Assembly (NCBI GenBank): GCA_024704765.1
Contig: JAKMXF010000300.1
Coordinates: 434,001-498,000 of the forward strand
From: Oopsacas minuta
Taxonomy: Eukaryota; Animalia; Porifera
Direction of reading: 5' to 3'
Length of the DNA: 64,000 nt
The notes beneath the pieces were generated by a model. The model saw only the letters and a list, made by a program, of their open reading frames with translations. It did not search any database and was not told the DNA's origin. The position numbers and the translations under genes were made by a program. Shown piece by piece: positions 33,298-46,782 of the stretch. Numbering within the stretch: position 1 is the first letter of the stretch; each line of letters begins with the position of its first letter.

Positions 33298-36200
33298 TTA
33301 TTTGTCAGATGTGTGTTTTTGCTCTCTATGATTCTTAACAGTCTCTTTTAAAATATTAGATAGTTTATGATCAATCTTATCATATTGTGTAGGGGGGTTT
33401 GTAGAGTGTATTTGATTCACAATAACAGTATCGTCCTTATTTTGCAAGTCAAGTTCTGCATAATAAATGTTGTCTGAAGAAGAAGCTCGAGTGAATGCGA
33501 ATGACTTTGCTACATTTTCTAAGACAGGTTTTGGTTTGTTAATTGTGTGAGGAGTGCTTTCTCGTCTCAGTATTGGCTTAGTTGTTAGCGGAGGTGGTTT
33601 CTTCATCGGATGAATGTTTTGGTATCGTTTACTGGAAGGATAATCATTAGCAGATTTCTGGTGATTTTTCTCAGTTACTACTGCCATTGTTTCGTAAACT
33701 TGATTATCTAACGGTTTGACATCCTCTTCATTCATTTGGCTGCTAATCTTTTGAATTCCTATCAGGGTTTCTGGTGAGTTGATGTTTCGACTTTTATCTC
33801 CCAGATCTATTCCAACTTTCTCCTCTACAGGTTCAGGAACACAAATATTATCAATACACTCGTTACATGAACCTTGACCCTTTTCTTCATTATCATTAGC
33901 TATTTCTCCCTCAAATATACCCATTACTTGGGAATCCAATTGTTGGCTATCGTGATTGATATCTTGAGCTGAGAATGCAAAGGTTACGTCATCAACATTC
34001 TGCTCTGGAGTACCAACTTTCCTACTAACCATCTTTTCATAGAGCGGAGATGCGTTAAGACTTGTTCTAGGATCTTCTGTATTAATCTTGTGATTAACTT
34101 CTTGAGATAAACGATCATAATGTCTAGTGACGTCAGGAATTGGTATTGGATTTTCAGTGTCTAATGAACTATGAATAAATACAATTTATATAAAGTTTAA
34201 TACGTAAATTCCTAACCTGTATTCTGGTTGTGGGGGAAGATTACTTCTTCATTATTAAATGGATGCTGATAGTCTAGATTAAGCGGGTTGTTGTTAGGCG
34301 TATTGTACATAGTCCTATCTCCTACCATAAGGTTATCGGGTAGAGATCCTGTAGAGGAGATTACAGGGCGAGGTTTAGGATCTACCAGTTTATAATGTTC
34401 ATCTACTGGAATATCCTGAGGAGTCGAATACAGGACTAATGGAGTCTGGGGGTAAGTCTGTTGTAGTGAAGGAGATAGCTGAGTGCCTTTAGAATAGACA
34501 GTAAATTATCGTATAAATTATACTCAATGAATTTACATACCAGAGTTATCCAAACTGTTGGCCTGCTTTAGGGAGAGTTGCCTCATTCTCTCTTTACGTA
34601 CTTCTAATGGGATCTGTGACTCAAGATCTGTAAACTTAGCGTAAGGGACAATTGTAGAATTATCAATCGGAAGAGAACTCTTGTAGAAAGTAGATCTTCC
34701 TATCTTTTCTTTAGAATCAGTGTTACTCAGCCTTACTACTGATATGGTGTTTATCTTGCTAGAGTCTATGAAGAGTATAAAGTGCAACAGCTGTATAGAT
34801 AAGAATAATTATGTGAATAGTTACATTACCGTTCTTCAGTGAATGCTTCTTTTTAGATTGAGTAGGAGTACTTTTAACTCCAGTCAACTTAGAAACAAGA
34901 TCATTCACATCGTAGTAGGAATGTTCAGACAGTTTAGAGCCTGATTTAATAGTATTGCCTCTCCCATCAGTATTCGCAAAGTTAATTTTGGTTGTAACTT
35001 GTCCGTTTTTAGAGACATGTAGATCCTGTGTATCGCCTGGTACTAGCATATCATAGCGTGTTTTTAAAGGAGGAACTCCTGTGAATGTCTACGATAAGGA
35101 ACGAATGAATTAGAATCTCTTCTATAACTAAATAAATATCCTATTTAGTCCATTAAACATGCAACTATATTAGGACTCACTTCTGCTCGGTAGCTGAAGC
35201 TCCTTTCTTTGTCAGATGCGTACTGTTCCCGTCCTGGGAGTGAAGCCCTTCTCTTCATGCTGTTATTATCTAATGGAGTTGGAGGAAGAATCATGTCATC
35301 ATATCTTGAGGGAGATGTCTTTCTCTTGCTCTTCTGAGATTGCTGATTAAGGGGGAGCATGGGGTGATTTGGAGGGAGAGGTGGGTAAGTTGAACCGGCA
35401 TCTGCTTGATCACATTCAAATGGTTGTATTTCATATATTTCATTATCTGCTACAGGTCCTTTATGAATTAATGTCTAAAAAAAAAAAATCAAATACAATA
35501 ATGGTAGTCAGTGGCCATTAACCATTATAGATTAATACTTACGTCATCAATGATTGTATCCATACAACCTGGCGGTAGCTCTTCTCTGAATTTATCCCAG
35601 CACAGAAATCTCTGTGTTACCAACAGATTATGAGTACTACCCATTATACTACAGACAAATATGGATGATAGAAGATAGCATTAACTTAATTACATTGTTA
35701 TTCTTACTTTGAGAGAGTTGAGTAGAAGTTCTTAGCTAGAACCTTAGAATGTACATACAGCCATAGATATCCAGGTCCTGTGTCAGTCCGTCTGCCTGAT
35801 TCTATGAACACAAGTTTCTGCCAGTGTCCACATCTCCTCAAGTTGTGAATCTAAAATGATGTATAACTACAGTACTCAGATAACGGATTAATGAAGGCTT
35901 AATGAAGGAGATAATTACATTGTATGTGAGTGCATGTAGACCTGAATGAGGGTCCAGGAAAGACAGACTTGTTCGTGTGAGTACGAGGATAAAGAAATGG
36001 TTATTAAACTGCCATTTAAGTCCTAATTCTATTTGCAGTGTCTCTACAGGACAGGCGTCTTCTACAAATGAATAGAAAGATTAATCATATAATAAATCAT
36101 TGGTTAGGTGTTATGTACCGAATTCTATATCTCCAAATATAGCCTTGTTAATACTAGTCTGTTGTGTGAGAGGCAGTTCTCTCTTAGGAATAAAAGAGAG

Positions 36201-36593
36201 AGGAATTACAAGCTCAGGAAGACGGATTAGAAATTCCAGATCTGTCAACCAATCTTCAAACATATCTCTATTATCAATTCCCAGATAAAGTTCTTCCACT
36301 CCTGCTCTATCAGACTGTATATCTAGTCTTATGAAGTTACCTCCGTCTCTGAGAGTAGCCCCTGACAGTATTGGAGCTTCTATACGTTTAATCCCTGCTA
36401 CTGACTTCATAGATACTACTGAATTTGGTGTAGACATCTTCTTAACTTGTTTAGCATCATCGTGAACTTCTAGCTGAGCTGTCCTACTCATCTCTGATGC
36501 ACATCGTAAGACAAGGTATTTCTTCTTCATTGCCTTTCCAAGAACCTTTCCTTTCTTAACGTATCCTTCTCTTATGACTGTATCCATACTCAT
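33298..36593 (-). CDS. PH + IRS-type PTB docking/adaptor protein (IRS/DOK/FRS2 family), about 9 exons
   Basis: N-terminal PH domain (IREGYVKKGK..KAMKKKYLVLR...AQLEVHDD). The PTB exon at about 35710-35850 reads LRRCGHWQKLVFIESGRRTDTGPGYLWLY, like IRS1 [27 protein letters not shown]. A long Tyr-motif tail follows. Confidence 0.85.
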
Positions 36594-36687
36594 ATTAGCT
36601 AATTAACAAAATTCAAGATAAGTTAGCTAAGTTATTCGGATTGTATGTGATACAAGTAAGTTGAAATACTACACATAACTAGACATA

Positions 36688-39367
36688 TTAAGAGTGGTCT
36701 ATGAGTGCTATCAGAGCAGGGGTAAGCTTTGTAGCAGACGGGTTACGACATAGCAAGAAGGGAGGAAGTCTAGTTTTGCTCTGTGTATGAATCAGGTTGA
36801 GCATAGAGCTGAGAGATACACAAGCTATTCCAACGGAATATCCTCTACAGAAGGAATAATCTCCTGATGTTACATAACCACAACATTCCCTACTATTAGC
36901 TGGGAGAGCTAGCATACCTAAGTTATCTAGAGATGACGTAGAAGGTTCATAGAGACAGGAAGAGAGTGGAGCTTCATGGAGTGTATCTTTAGGTAGCTTG
37001 TTAAGATTCTTCCTACTTCTCTTCAAACTTTTCCTCGCGGTTTTTAACACTCCCTCAGAATGCACTGATATGCCATGGATTAACTGTCTATCACTAGTTA
37101 TCTTCGTAACACCCATACGATTAGTCCCTACAATAGAGAATAAATTGAGATCTCTTTCTACACAATCCTTACTGTAACTAGAAAGTATTATCTGTATATC
37201 CTCAACAGTAGGTAGAAATAGCTTAGCTCTATCCTCTACACAGCCTCTTAGTAACATATGTACTGATATCAATAAGAGAGAGTTTGAATATCTATCAGAG
37301 ATATCTGATAGAGATATAGGCTCAGAAAGAGAGGGTAACTTCCTACAAGGATATCTCTGTTTATATATTCTGGGCATATATTTGTAAGGCATATGTTTCT
37401 TGAATAAAACATGCTGTAAGGATAGAATAGCTTTTCTGTCTCTCAAAATATAGTAAGGTAGTTTAAACTGAATAGAGTCATCATCCATCTGTTCATCCTC
37501 TCTCTCTCTACCCATAAGAGATCCCCAGGGAGAATGGAACGGAGTAGACACACCCATCTTCCCATACTCCAGCCTCTTATCAGGAGGCTTTGATAGATAA
37601 TGCTTCTCTAATTCGTTCCTCTTATTATAAGCCTCTATTACATAGCCATAGCAGTCTATACAATCTCTAGGATAACACATACTCTGTCTCTCTAAGCATA
37701 CTCTATCAAATTCCTTCTTTCCTACAGCTTTAGCTCCCCAATAAGTTAATGCCATCAGTGACGTCATTATCCATTCTCTAGGCAGTAGCAGTATTATACC
37801 AGCTCCATACTGACTAGTGGATCCGATAGGACCATGTTCCCCTGATGTGGTGAGTAACCAGAGTGGGACTCGGTCTTTACGGAAGGACGGGTCTGCAGGT
37901 ATAAGTCCGTATAAGCATTTACCACGGTGTATGTTAATGACGTCATCAGTATGCTTATCAGCTACAGACTGATGTCTACAATCAGCTGTATACACCTGAG
38001 AAGATACTAGAGATTGTCTATGTGATTTGTATATAGCTAGTATATCTGTTGTTGTTGTATTAGAATCTGTTACTAGTTCAGTATTGGTAGGAATATTGTC
38101 TGTCTCACCCTCTAGCTTATTCCGTAGGTTTAAGAGAAGAGACATTAACTCATCAGGTTCAGGTTCCTCTACAGGGACAGTTAACTTCCTTTTAGGTAGA
38201 GATAGTCTAGGGTCTAGAGCTGTGTATCCGAGAAGAGAGTTGTCTGGAAGATAAGAGTTAGAGGATTGAGATATCTTCTCTAAGATAGCAGATAGTTCAG
38301 AAGATTTGTAGTTAAAACCGTCATACCACATACCAGTAACCTCGGTATCAAGCTCTTTGTTTAAATCAGGAGGCAGAGCTTTGAGGAGGGTGGAGAGTGA
38401 AGATGGACCTACCAGCTGTAAAATTCCTATCTCAGCTGTTAGATCAGTACATACAATATGTTCAGAGAAGTTATCTATAACTTTAACAAACTCTGATACC
38501 ATAGCAGGATGTACTAGTAGCCATAATGAACACGGAGATATAGGGAAAAAGGTGCCAGGACCTATAGCTCCATAAGGGTAAGTATCTGGATAGAATAATG
38601 TAGTAGTTATTGGAGAGAGAGATTGTAGAGAAGGACAGAGGGATAAAGAAGGTATTATGAGAGAATTAAGAGTTTGAATTAAGAGAGGAGTATTGTCAGA
38701 AGATATCTGGAATACTGACTGGTAAGAGGTGTCAATAACCGCACATTTCTTAGCTATAGAATGGTAGGAGTGACGTGTACATTTCTGTGTAAGAGTATAG
38801 GGTATTTTCCAGCTATACTTATCTATCATATGAAATCTCTTAGCATGCCATAAGTGAGAAGGTAACCATTTAGATTTATTAACCACTGATTTATCTATCT
38901 TCTCAGAGAATTGAGCCAGCATTCTCTGAAAACGTAGACTACGTAGATATCTAAAGGATACATTAGTAAATATATATTTGATATACATTTACATTCAATG
39001 TTATACCTTCTCTTCCTACGAGTTTCCTTCCTGCACCATTTAGGTTTTATTTTATTTCCCAGCTGTTTGGGATGTGATTGTGCATGAGCACGTAGTCTCA
39101 CACGTACAGGCAATCTCCTCAAATTATGACTAGAAGCTCTTCTCCTCATGTGTCTACACGAATTGTTATATAATATACAGAATTATATAATTAGTAACAC
39201 CTTACTTACCTAGGTAGAGATTGTGTAACTCTTCCCTTCCTCTTCAGAGCACCTGTATTCAACTCCTCGGCCATGTTAGTAATCTCCTGCACTCTGTCAC
39301 AACAGAACTCCCACACAGGAATGCCACTCAAATAATCCTTCTCCATCTTATCAGCTGATTTAGCCAT
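36688..39367 (-). CDS. POP1: RNase P/MRP protein subunit POP1 (3 exons)
   Basis: First exon from ATG 39367 (MAKSADK...QSLPR) splices to HMRRRASSHNLRRLP. Also WLPSHLWHAKRFHM, IDTSY, LWLLVHP, G..LLLPREW and CGYVTSGDYSFCRG.SVG. Confidence 0.95.
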
Positions 39368-39394
39368 AACTGCCTAACTAAATGCTTACATCTG

Positions 39395-39402
39395 TGACGT
39401 CA
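39395..39402. promoter_or_regulatory. Perfect CRE (TGACGTCA) 28 bp upstream of the POP1 ATG
   Basis: Exact palindromic consensus in a promoter/5'UTR position. The same word is also frequent in exons (see findings). Confidence 0.4.
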
Positions 39403-39544
39403 TTATTATAAGAACAACTTAATTATAATATGTATTTCAGTATTAATAAAAAGGCAATATATTAGTTGATAGTGTGAGATGTGTTACATTCATATATACA
39501 TACAATTCAGTTGCATAAGGTGTTGATAATATGCTATACACCTG

Positions 39545-42500
39545 CTAGTTGGGGCGTGTTCTCTTGGAGGGAGAAGGAGTCCTCCTGGGAGACAAGGGAG
39601 TTTGGGTGTGGACTAGAGTCTTTGTAAAAGTGTCTGAGCATATAGGAAAAGATACGGATTTTCCTTTGGTAGGAGAAAGAGAATTATAAACAGGCTTAGA
39701 AGAAGACTTAGCTATTTCATTTTGTTCCTCTGTTCCATTTAATCTAACTTGTTCCAAGGTTTGAGCAGGAGAGCCTATTGATGTGTTACGACCTGATTGC
39801 ATAAGTTTAGATATATGGGCTGGTACAGGGCTGTGTGGAGTGTAGCCAGATACTACTGCTACTGAGTGTCTCCCCCCAACCTCTCCTGACATAGATTTAA
39901 CTCTGTCTATCTGTGAGTAGTGATATGACATATTAATACTATTGAGTCTTGTGTTGGCCTGATACTGAGTAGTAGAATCTGATCTGGTCCTGCTACGCTG
40001 CATGATAACAGCTGATTGCTCGGTGGAACGTTCTGATGGCATCTCTGCTATGTTATGTACTGCATTAGATATCCTCTTCTCTCTCAGAGATAAGGGGACG
40101 TGTTTAGGCTGTCCTGAAGAGAAGGAGCCATCCTGTGGAGCAGCTGATAAGGATGAGAGATTACCTATACTAACTCTAGAACTGATAGGAGACTTCTCTT
40201 TAGAGAGAGTAGCAGTGGGAGATGTGGTAGGGATATAAGAGGGTGAGGAGGTGTGTTTGGAGAGGGGTAAGAGACAGTGAGAATGCTCCTTAGGTATCTC
40301 TATACACATCTTCTTTATATCACGATCAAGCTCTGTTGTAAGAGTAGCTCTGTAATTGTCTATATGGTTTTGGAGATCAGATGATACCTCAGGGAAGGTT
40401 ACAGAGGTGGTGGAGCTAGGGATGTTAGGAGATACAGCTGTGGAGATATCAGGAGGTGATACAGAGACCAGCTTCTGAGGAGACTCCTTCAGGGTGGTGT
40501 TTGGGAGTATATCAGCTGGAGATTTGACAAGTTTTGAAGATGGTATAGGTCCCTGTTTAGACAGGAATAAAGAGTCTATATCTCTTCTTATATCTTCCAA
40601 CTTCCTCAAATCTCTCTGAGGTTCTGATTTAATAGGAATGTTAGACTTATCAGCTGAGTGTCTAGCAGATAAGCGAGTAGATTTAGGTTTGCTATTGGGG
40701 GGTCTAGGTTTCATAGAGTCTGTATTACTACCTTTATTACTGGCTAAACTACTAGCAGTATTATTAATAGGAGGAGGACTGTCCTTCTTGTCAGTGAATG
40801 TCTGTTCTGATACAAAACTCGTGAATAAAACACTCTTAGGATTATCAGGAGAAATTCTTTTAGAAGTGGGCCATAGAACCTAAACAAAAGTATAAGTATA
40901 TGTAGCAGTATTATCATTCTTATAACTAGAAATACCTGTGATATCTCTACAGGATTGTGTAGAGTAGCCTCGTTAGACTGAGACATACTGTTGCCCTTCT
41001 GATTATTAACATACTGATTGAGGTAACTGTTAGTGAATCCAGTGTGAAGAGTTGTAGGAACCTGTAGTTAGTATTAAATACATTTCTAACAATAAGATAG
41101 ACTAACCTTAGAAATATACAGAGGTGATGGATTCCGCACTAGACTGGCATTAGATTCACAATCAGACTGATACCCGTCTTCTGACACCTTAGAGACAGAA
41201 TTGAATCTCTCCATCCTACCCACATTGTTTCCCCTAGGACCAGCTGCAAACTTATCAGCTGCTCTCTCCTGAGACTCACGAGACAGGACAGGTAGATTTT
41301 TAAGGAACTCGTGAGTAAAACTCTCAGCACTTCCTTCCCAGTCTATCTTGGGTATATCAGGCATGGAGTAGTGTATACCGGAGAGGGGTGCGGTCAGGTC
41401 TCTAGTTTTCCTAGCTTCAACACGTTCTCTAGAAAATACAGGTATTCCTCCGTTCCTGTTCTTATACTTAACCGTGGGGTACTGCTGTGTACTGATTCTA
41501 CCAAGCTCATTGAGAGCAGATCCGTAGCTGGAATACTCCTTCGCAGACCGTAGCTCAGGGAGTCCTTCCTTACCTCTGGCACTAGCTGGGGGGCGTGATG
41601 TTAGGGAGAGGACCTGAGGATCATGGGTCTTACTTTCACCTAGCAACACACAAGGATATAAGATATGGATTTAACCCTATTAAATCAGTTACATACTTGT
41701 AGTTACGATATTAAGATGAGCTCCTCTAGATTTTATTCGTCTCTTTCTATCTTTATTCTTATTCCTACTTCTCTTAGATTTCCTCTTCTTCTTCAATCTC
41801 TTAGCTTTATTCTGTACCAAGCACTGAGCAGGAGTTCCATCAGACACAGAGCTATCTGATCCTCCATCACTCTCAGAATCAATAGACAGTTCATCCAGCA
41901 TATCTAATACTTCTAACGGGTCTCTATCAGCAGGTGGAGGAGGCTTACCCTGCTTGACAAGTGTTTGAATAACCTAATAGAAGTATACAGTAATACTATA
42001 GTGATATACAAGTAAAGAGAAATAATATACTTGTTGTCTGAGGAGATTATATATCTCTTCTAAAGTTTTCTGTCTCTTGTAAGGATCAGGATCAAAGTAG
42101 TCTAGAAATGTGTCACACAGCTGGTGTCCCATTTCCTCCAGGTCACAGGGTCTGAAGAAGCAGGAGGCTAGCTTACCTAGATTGCTACCACAGAAGCTAG
42201 CCTCCATAGTGAAGCTGTTCATTACGTTAAACTCCTTCCATATAGCTATACGGCCACAACCCTCTTTATATTTCTGTACTTTGAACCGAGAGTATCTACA
42301 GTATTAAGCGTAACTACACAACTGGTGAAAAGGAATGTAGGTATATCATACCTGTAAGAGAACAGATGTGGAGCATTCTTACTCAACATAAAAGGTAATA
42401 TTCTAGTCTGTATGTGATCTAGGTAATTAGTAGTTCCTGGCTGCCGTCTAGCTCTATCATCACAACCATACATGAATATATTCTGCTTACGGGAATGTCC

Positions 42501-44230
42501 ATGTAAATCACAGTACACAGTAACTTCTCTCTCCTGACAGAGCTTCCTCATCATTTGACGGAGATGGAATATAACAGGGAAATACTCCTTCATTACTGAG
42601 AACTTATTGTATTGTCTGTTTAGATCACATCCAGACAGAGAGCATCTGTAATTACCGGTTATAACACCGTCAGGATTTAACATTGGGATTATCTTAAACA
42701 CGAATATACTACGGAGCATGTTAGCGTCCTGACTCTCTGGATCTGTCAAGAAGTCTATTACTCCTTTCATCATAAAACTAGAATTAGTCTCTCCTACAAA
42801 TAAGTACTGATTAATTACAAATGTATAGAGAAGAGAATACAAGTACATACCTGGATGTACTCTAGCAGATATAACGATGGCTCTCTTAGCCCTGGTCTCA
42901 GCTGGAGATGAAGATGGATTAGTTATAGTCAGTAGGTGTACCATGTTACCAGCTAGAGAGGTACATAGTAGCTTCTGTCTGCATATCTTAGAACGGAGAG
43001 GACATTTGTGTAATCTCTCCAGATAGATTTGTAGGTCAGAATACGTGTATGGATAACAATGAGAGAAGTAACAGGTATCATCTGCATGAAGAAAGTCACA
43101 GGTCCAGCTAAGACTGTAATAACTTCTCTCCTTGGTGGATTTATCAGATACACGATATTTGTTATGATTCTTGTAATAGAACACGTTCTCTCCGTGTGGT
43201 AGCCAGCCTATATAATGTGACGTCATAATAATAGTATAGATAATTTAGAGGTATATTACCTGTCTTATGGCTAGCTGCTTGTTTCTGAGAGTAGAAGAGA
43301 GGTCTCATACCTTCACTGTATAGAGAAGCTGGTTTTATTAAATTCATTATAACAAACCTGTACTTAACTCCAGGAGTCATGTTACGGACTTGAAAGAAGA
43401 ACCATTGAGCATACTTTCCTGTGTACAGATCGTGCTGCAAATACAACTCATAATCATATTCTCCTACTTGATTAGCTTTACGGAGATTTCCACTCTCGAA
43501 TCGAGCCTCAAATTTGAGAGAGTTTTCTTTAAACTCATACACACGACTAGGAATATCTTCTGTAGAGTGACTAGATCCTATTCTAGATTTAGTAAAACAC
43601 TTCTCTTTTGTTGTACAATTGTTGTAACGATACACACAGTGTACATCTGATTCCAGGGGGATAGGAGGCGGATCTGGAGGGGGGTCAGATGTTTGTATTT
43701 TAATCGGAAGAGGTTGAGATGAAATAATAAACTTCACAGGTATGTCAATTGATTCTACTTCTCTAGGCCATCTAGGGAGAGAGGGGTGATCAGCCTCCTT
43801 CTTATGCGAGGTGTGGGAAGAGAAGGGAGCTCTCAAACTAGGTATAAGTCTACCCTCTATCTCTTGATATACTACCTGTATACAATAGATGATTTATACG
43901 TATAATTTGTTGATAAGCTATGTATTATATATTTACCTGAGTAGTCCGTAGCTGATTCCAAGTGAACATTCCAGCTCTGTCGTTAGTAAATTCATCCCTC
44001 AGCTGATTCCCTGACCTCTTACCCGTAGCAATAGTATTAATACCAGTAGGACTAATAGCTTTATTAGCTTGTGTGTGTAATATACCATAAGCATACAGCT
44101 GTCTTCTTATATAATCCTGCGATAAGTCCCTGTCTATCTCTTTAGAGAAACTCTTAAACTTTGAAGGAGTGATCGGGTTAGGCTCCAGTAGATGGTTCCT
44201 GGAAGAGGAAGGGATATCTCCGCTCAGCAT
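39545..44230 (-). CDS. Cytosolic carboxypeptidase (AGBL2/3, CCP2/3-like tubulin deglutamylase), multi-exon
   Basis: LKFEARFESGNLRKA..VGEYDYEL, QWFFF.V.NM, CYFSHCYPYTYSDL, ISARVHPG/E, KIIPMLNPDGV..GNYRCSLSG.DLNR, DLHGHSRKQN.FMYGC and NSFTMEASFCG. A long basic low-complexity tail follows. Confidence 0.93.
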
Positions 44231-44462
44231 CACACCATGAACTTGTCAGCTAATTGTATTAATGTAAATTATAATATAAAAGAGAATAAGTGAATAGCAG
44301 CGGAGTTTATAGAATCATAAACGAAATATGAGATATACAAAATGATTCGACAGAGTTATGAATGAATCGGACAGCTGACAGGTATATTGACATCTGTCAG
44401 TGTCAGATTATATAGAAGAGAGAGGTTGCATTAGATAAGGCTAATCACAGCCTTGAATACAG

Positions 44463-46044
44463 TTATGTAGACTTTTGTGTGCGTAATGAGTCATCTAGTA
44501 GTTGGTAAGCAGAGGATATAGCTACGTCAGATTGTACCTACGAATACTAATAATAATAATAAATAAGTAATATAACAACAATCTACGTATGTAAGTATAC
44601 CTCATAAGGCTTGTCTGAAAATATAGAGTTAGCGTCAGTACTCTCTAGAGGAGAGAGAAGAGAAGCTCCGTCTAGAAGGAGATTGTTATTAGAGAAGTTA
44701 AAGTTATTCGGTAGAATAAACCCTCTATGCTGTCCATCAGAGGAGGTAGCAGTGTATGCGCCCGTAGAGGTTGTAGGTAACAAGTTATCCTCTGAATCTA
44801 AGGGTATGTCTTGTCTATCTATCTCTCCTAACTGAATAAATACCAAAAATAATAGTTAGCAAATTAATGGTTAGTTGGAAGCTAACTTGTTCTAATAACT
44901 TCTGAGGATCTGTGACATCATCAGAAGGGACAGGATCTAAATACTCCTCTCCTTGAGGAGGGTACGCCATGAGACCAGATCTGGCTGCTCCCATGAGCTG
45001 AGATATCTGAGCTTGTAACTCCTGAGAACTAGGAGGATACTCTCCGTCCTTAGCTTCTAAAATATTCTCTAAGTATTGCAGTAATACTTGATGCTGTAGG
45101 AGCTGTTGTTGTATTAATAACTGTACCTCTACTTCTGGTCTAATGTCCTCCTCTAATATATAAATTATATGTTAAGCTATTTTGTTACAGAATAACTAAT
45201 ATTCAGTAATCTATTTATTACCATTCTTCCAAGACTCCTCCAGCTTCTCTTCTTGTGTAATTTGCTTCCTCAACAGCTCCATACATGCCTTTATCTGATC
45301 TTCTGAGAGGAATAGGTTCTGATTTCTTCCTATATCCTCTCCTACCAATAATTCAGTAATTAATACAATCACATTACTTTATTATGTAAATAACTAGTAT
45401 ACCTGTATTTGTAGGTCTAGAAGAAGTCCGATTCTTAGAAGGGTTAGACTCCTCTCTGGGTACTATGTCAATAAGAAAGTCATACATCTCATCCTCACTC
45501 AGAGCCTTAGCTATATCATTTTTCTGTGGAATATATCACTAACTAATCAATAATATACCAGAGAATTTAACAAACCTGTAGAGTCTTACGCTTTGCTTCC
45601 TCAGTGTGTAGCCATGCTCTGAGTGTTAGTTCCTCTATAAACATGGTAGCAGCCTTAGAGAATATGAGAGGAACTTCACTAGAAATCATTTTAACATTAT
45701 CATCTAGTTTCATTATCTTCTTGATACGAGCTAGAGGGAGATCTGGAGTAGCTCTAAGATCATCTTCTGTCATATTAGCTATTTTTTGGTTCTGTTTATC
45801 CCAGTATGTACTGTAATACAAATCTGTTACAAAGTTTTAAATCTATTCAGTGTATCTCTACCAACCTTAATAACTCCTCTACCATTTCTCTGGTGTCTAG
45901 CTCCTCTCCAGAGCTCTGTTTTTCCTCTCCCTCCCTTTCTAGAAGATGTTCATCTATTTCATTATCCCTCTCTACATCTGAGCTAGCAGCTACAGGCTGT
46001 GATGCTGGAAGTTTGCTTGGTTTGTTAGTTTGACGGGTAGCCAT
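44463..46044 (-). CDS. NFYC: Nuclear factor Y subunit C (histone fold), multi-exon
   Basis: [56 protein letters not shown], spliced to a [20 protein letters not shown] exon and a Gln-rich middle. Terminal exons are inferred from GT-AG sites. Confidence 0.9.
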
Positions 46045-46189
46045 CACATAGCTAGTAATTATACAAATAACAAATCAATTACAAACCAGATAGAGACAAA
46101 GATAATTTGAATATTCCTAATTACTCAATTTCCTACCAATGTCACATAATTGTATAATTAGCTAAGAAAGAGCAGTCAATAATATAGGA

Positions 46190-46708
46190 CTAGAGCTCTT
46201 CATGTTTAGGCAGCAGCTCTTTAACTCTTTTAACGTAATCACTCTTCTCTGCACAGCCCAGACAATTCTCTCCCCATTCACTAAGTATCTTCTTCAATTC
46301 TCTAACACGTAGTTTACTTATATCTGTGTTCTTAAAATCTATCTTCTTATCATATTTCAACTCACAGATCTGTTCGTCCATCTTCTTCAATTTTTCACAA
46401 ATCTTTACAGCAGGTACTGTAGATGCCATAGGCTTTACTACTTCATTAACAATACCAGTAGCTGCATCCTCAGTAGCTCCTATGTAGTAACAGAAACGAC
46501 CTTCTTTCCCTATAGCAGTGCTACACTTGTCTCTCAGATATGTTTCCAAATTATTCTCTCCTATTATAGCTTGATCAGATGACTCCTGTTCAATCGCTTC
46601 TAAGAACTTTATACAAACTTCACAGTCTCCCTCTTTCAGCTTACAGAGACATACTGAACAGCTGATCAGTAGAAGTGATAACAAGGAAAATCTGGCTAGT
46701 AACATCAC
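46190..46708 (-). CDS. MANF: MANF/CDNF (ARMET) family ER stress protein
   Basis: Signal peptide, CEVCIKFL, RFCYYIGATEDAATGIVNEV.KP, KICEKLKK.D.QICELKYDK, KLRVRELKKIL..WGE.C.GCAEKSDY and a C-terminal HEEL. Confidence 0.96.
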   Translation of the reverse strand: MMLLARFSLLSLLLISCSVCLCKLKEGDCEVCIKFLEAIEQESSDQAIIGENNLETYLRDKCSTAIGKEGRFCYYIGATEDAATGIVNEVVKPMASTVPAVKICEKLKKMDEQICELKYDKKIDFKNTDISKLRVRELKKILSEWGENCLGCAEKSDYVKRVKELLPKHEEL

Positions 46709-46782
46709 GCTAATATATAGAAGAGATATAATAATGAATTAATACATACGGTATAATGTAATGTATTGAGTGATTAAATATT

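Noticed and set aside
1968-36593. Apparent signalling cluster (G-beta, PTPN13, p101, Ig receptor, IRS-like adaptor)
   Set aside because: The genes are interspersed with unrelated housekeeping genes. At this gene density co-location is plausible by chance, and there is no synteny evidence.
44375-44400. 7-bp inverted repeat CTGACAG-N12-CTGTCAG upstream of the carboxypeptidase gene
   Set aside because: It is too short to be significant in a palindrome-rich sequence.
46190-46708. Neurotrophic factor MANF in a possibly nerveless animal
   Set aside because: MANF is a broadly conserved ER chaperone-like protein, and this copy is canonical (CxGC, HEEL).
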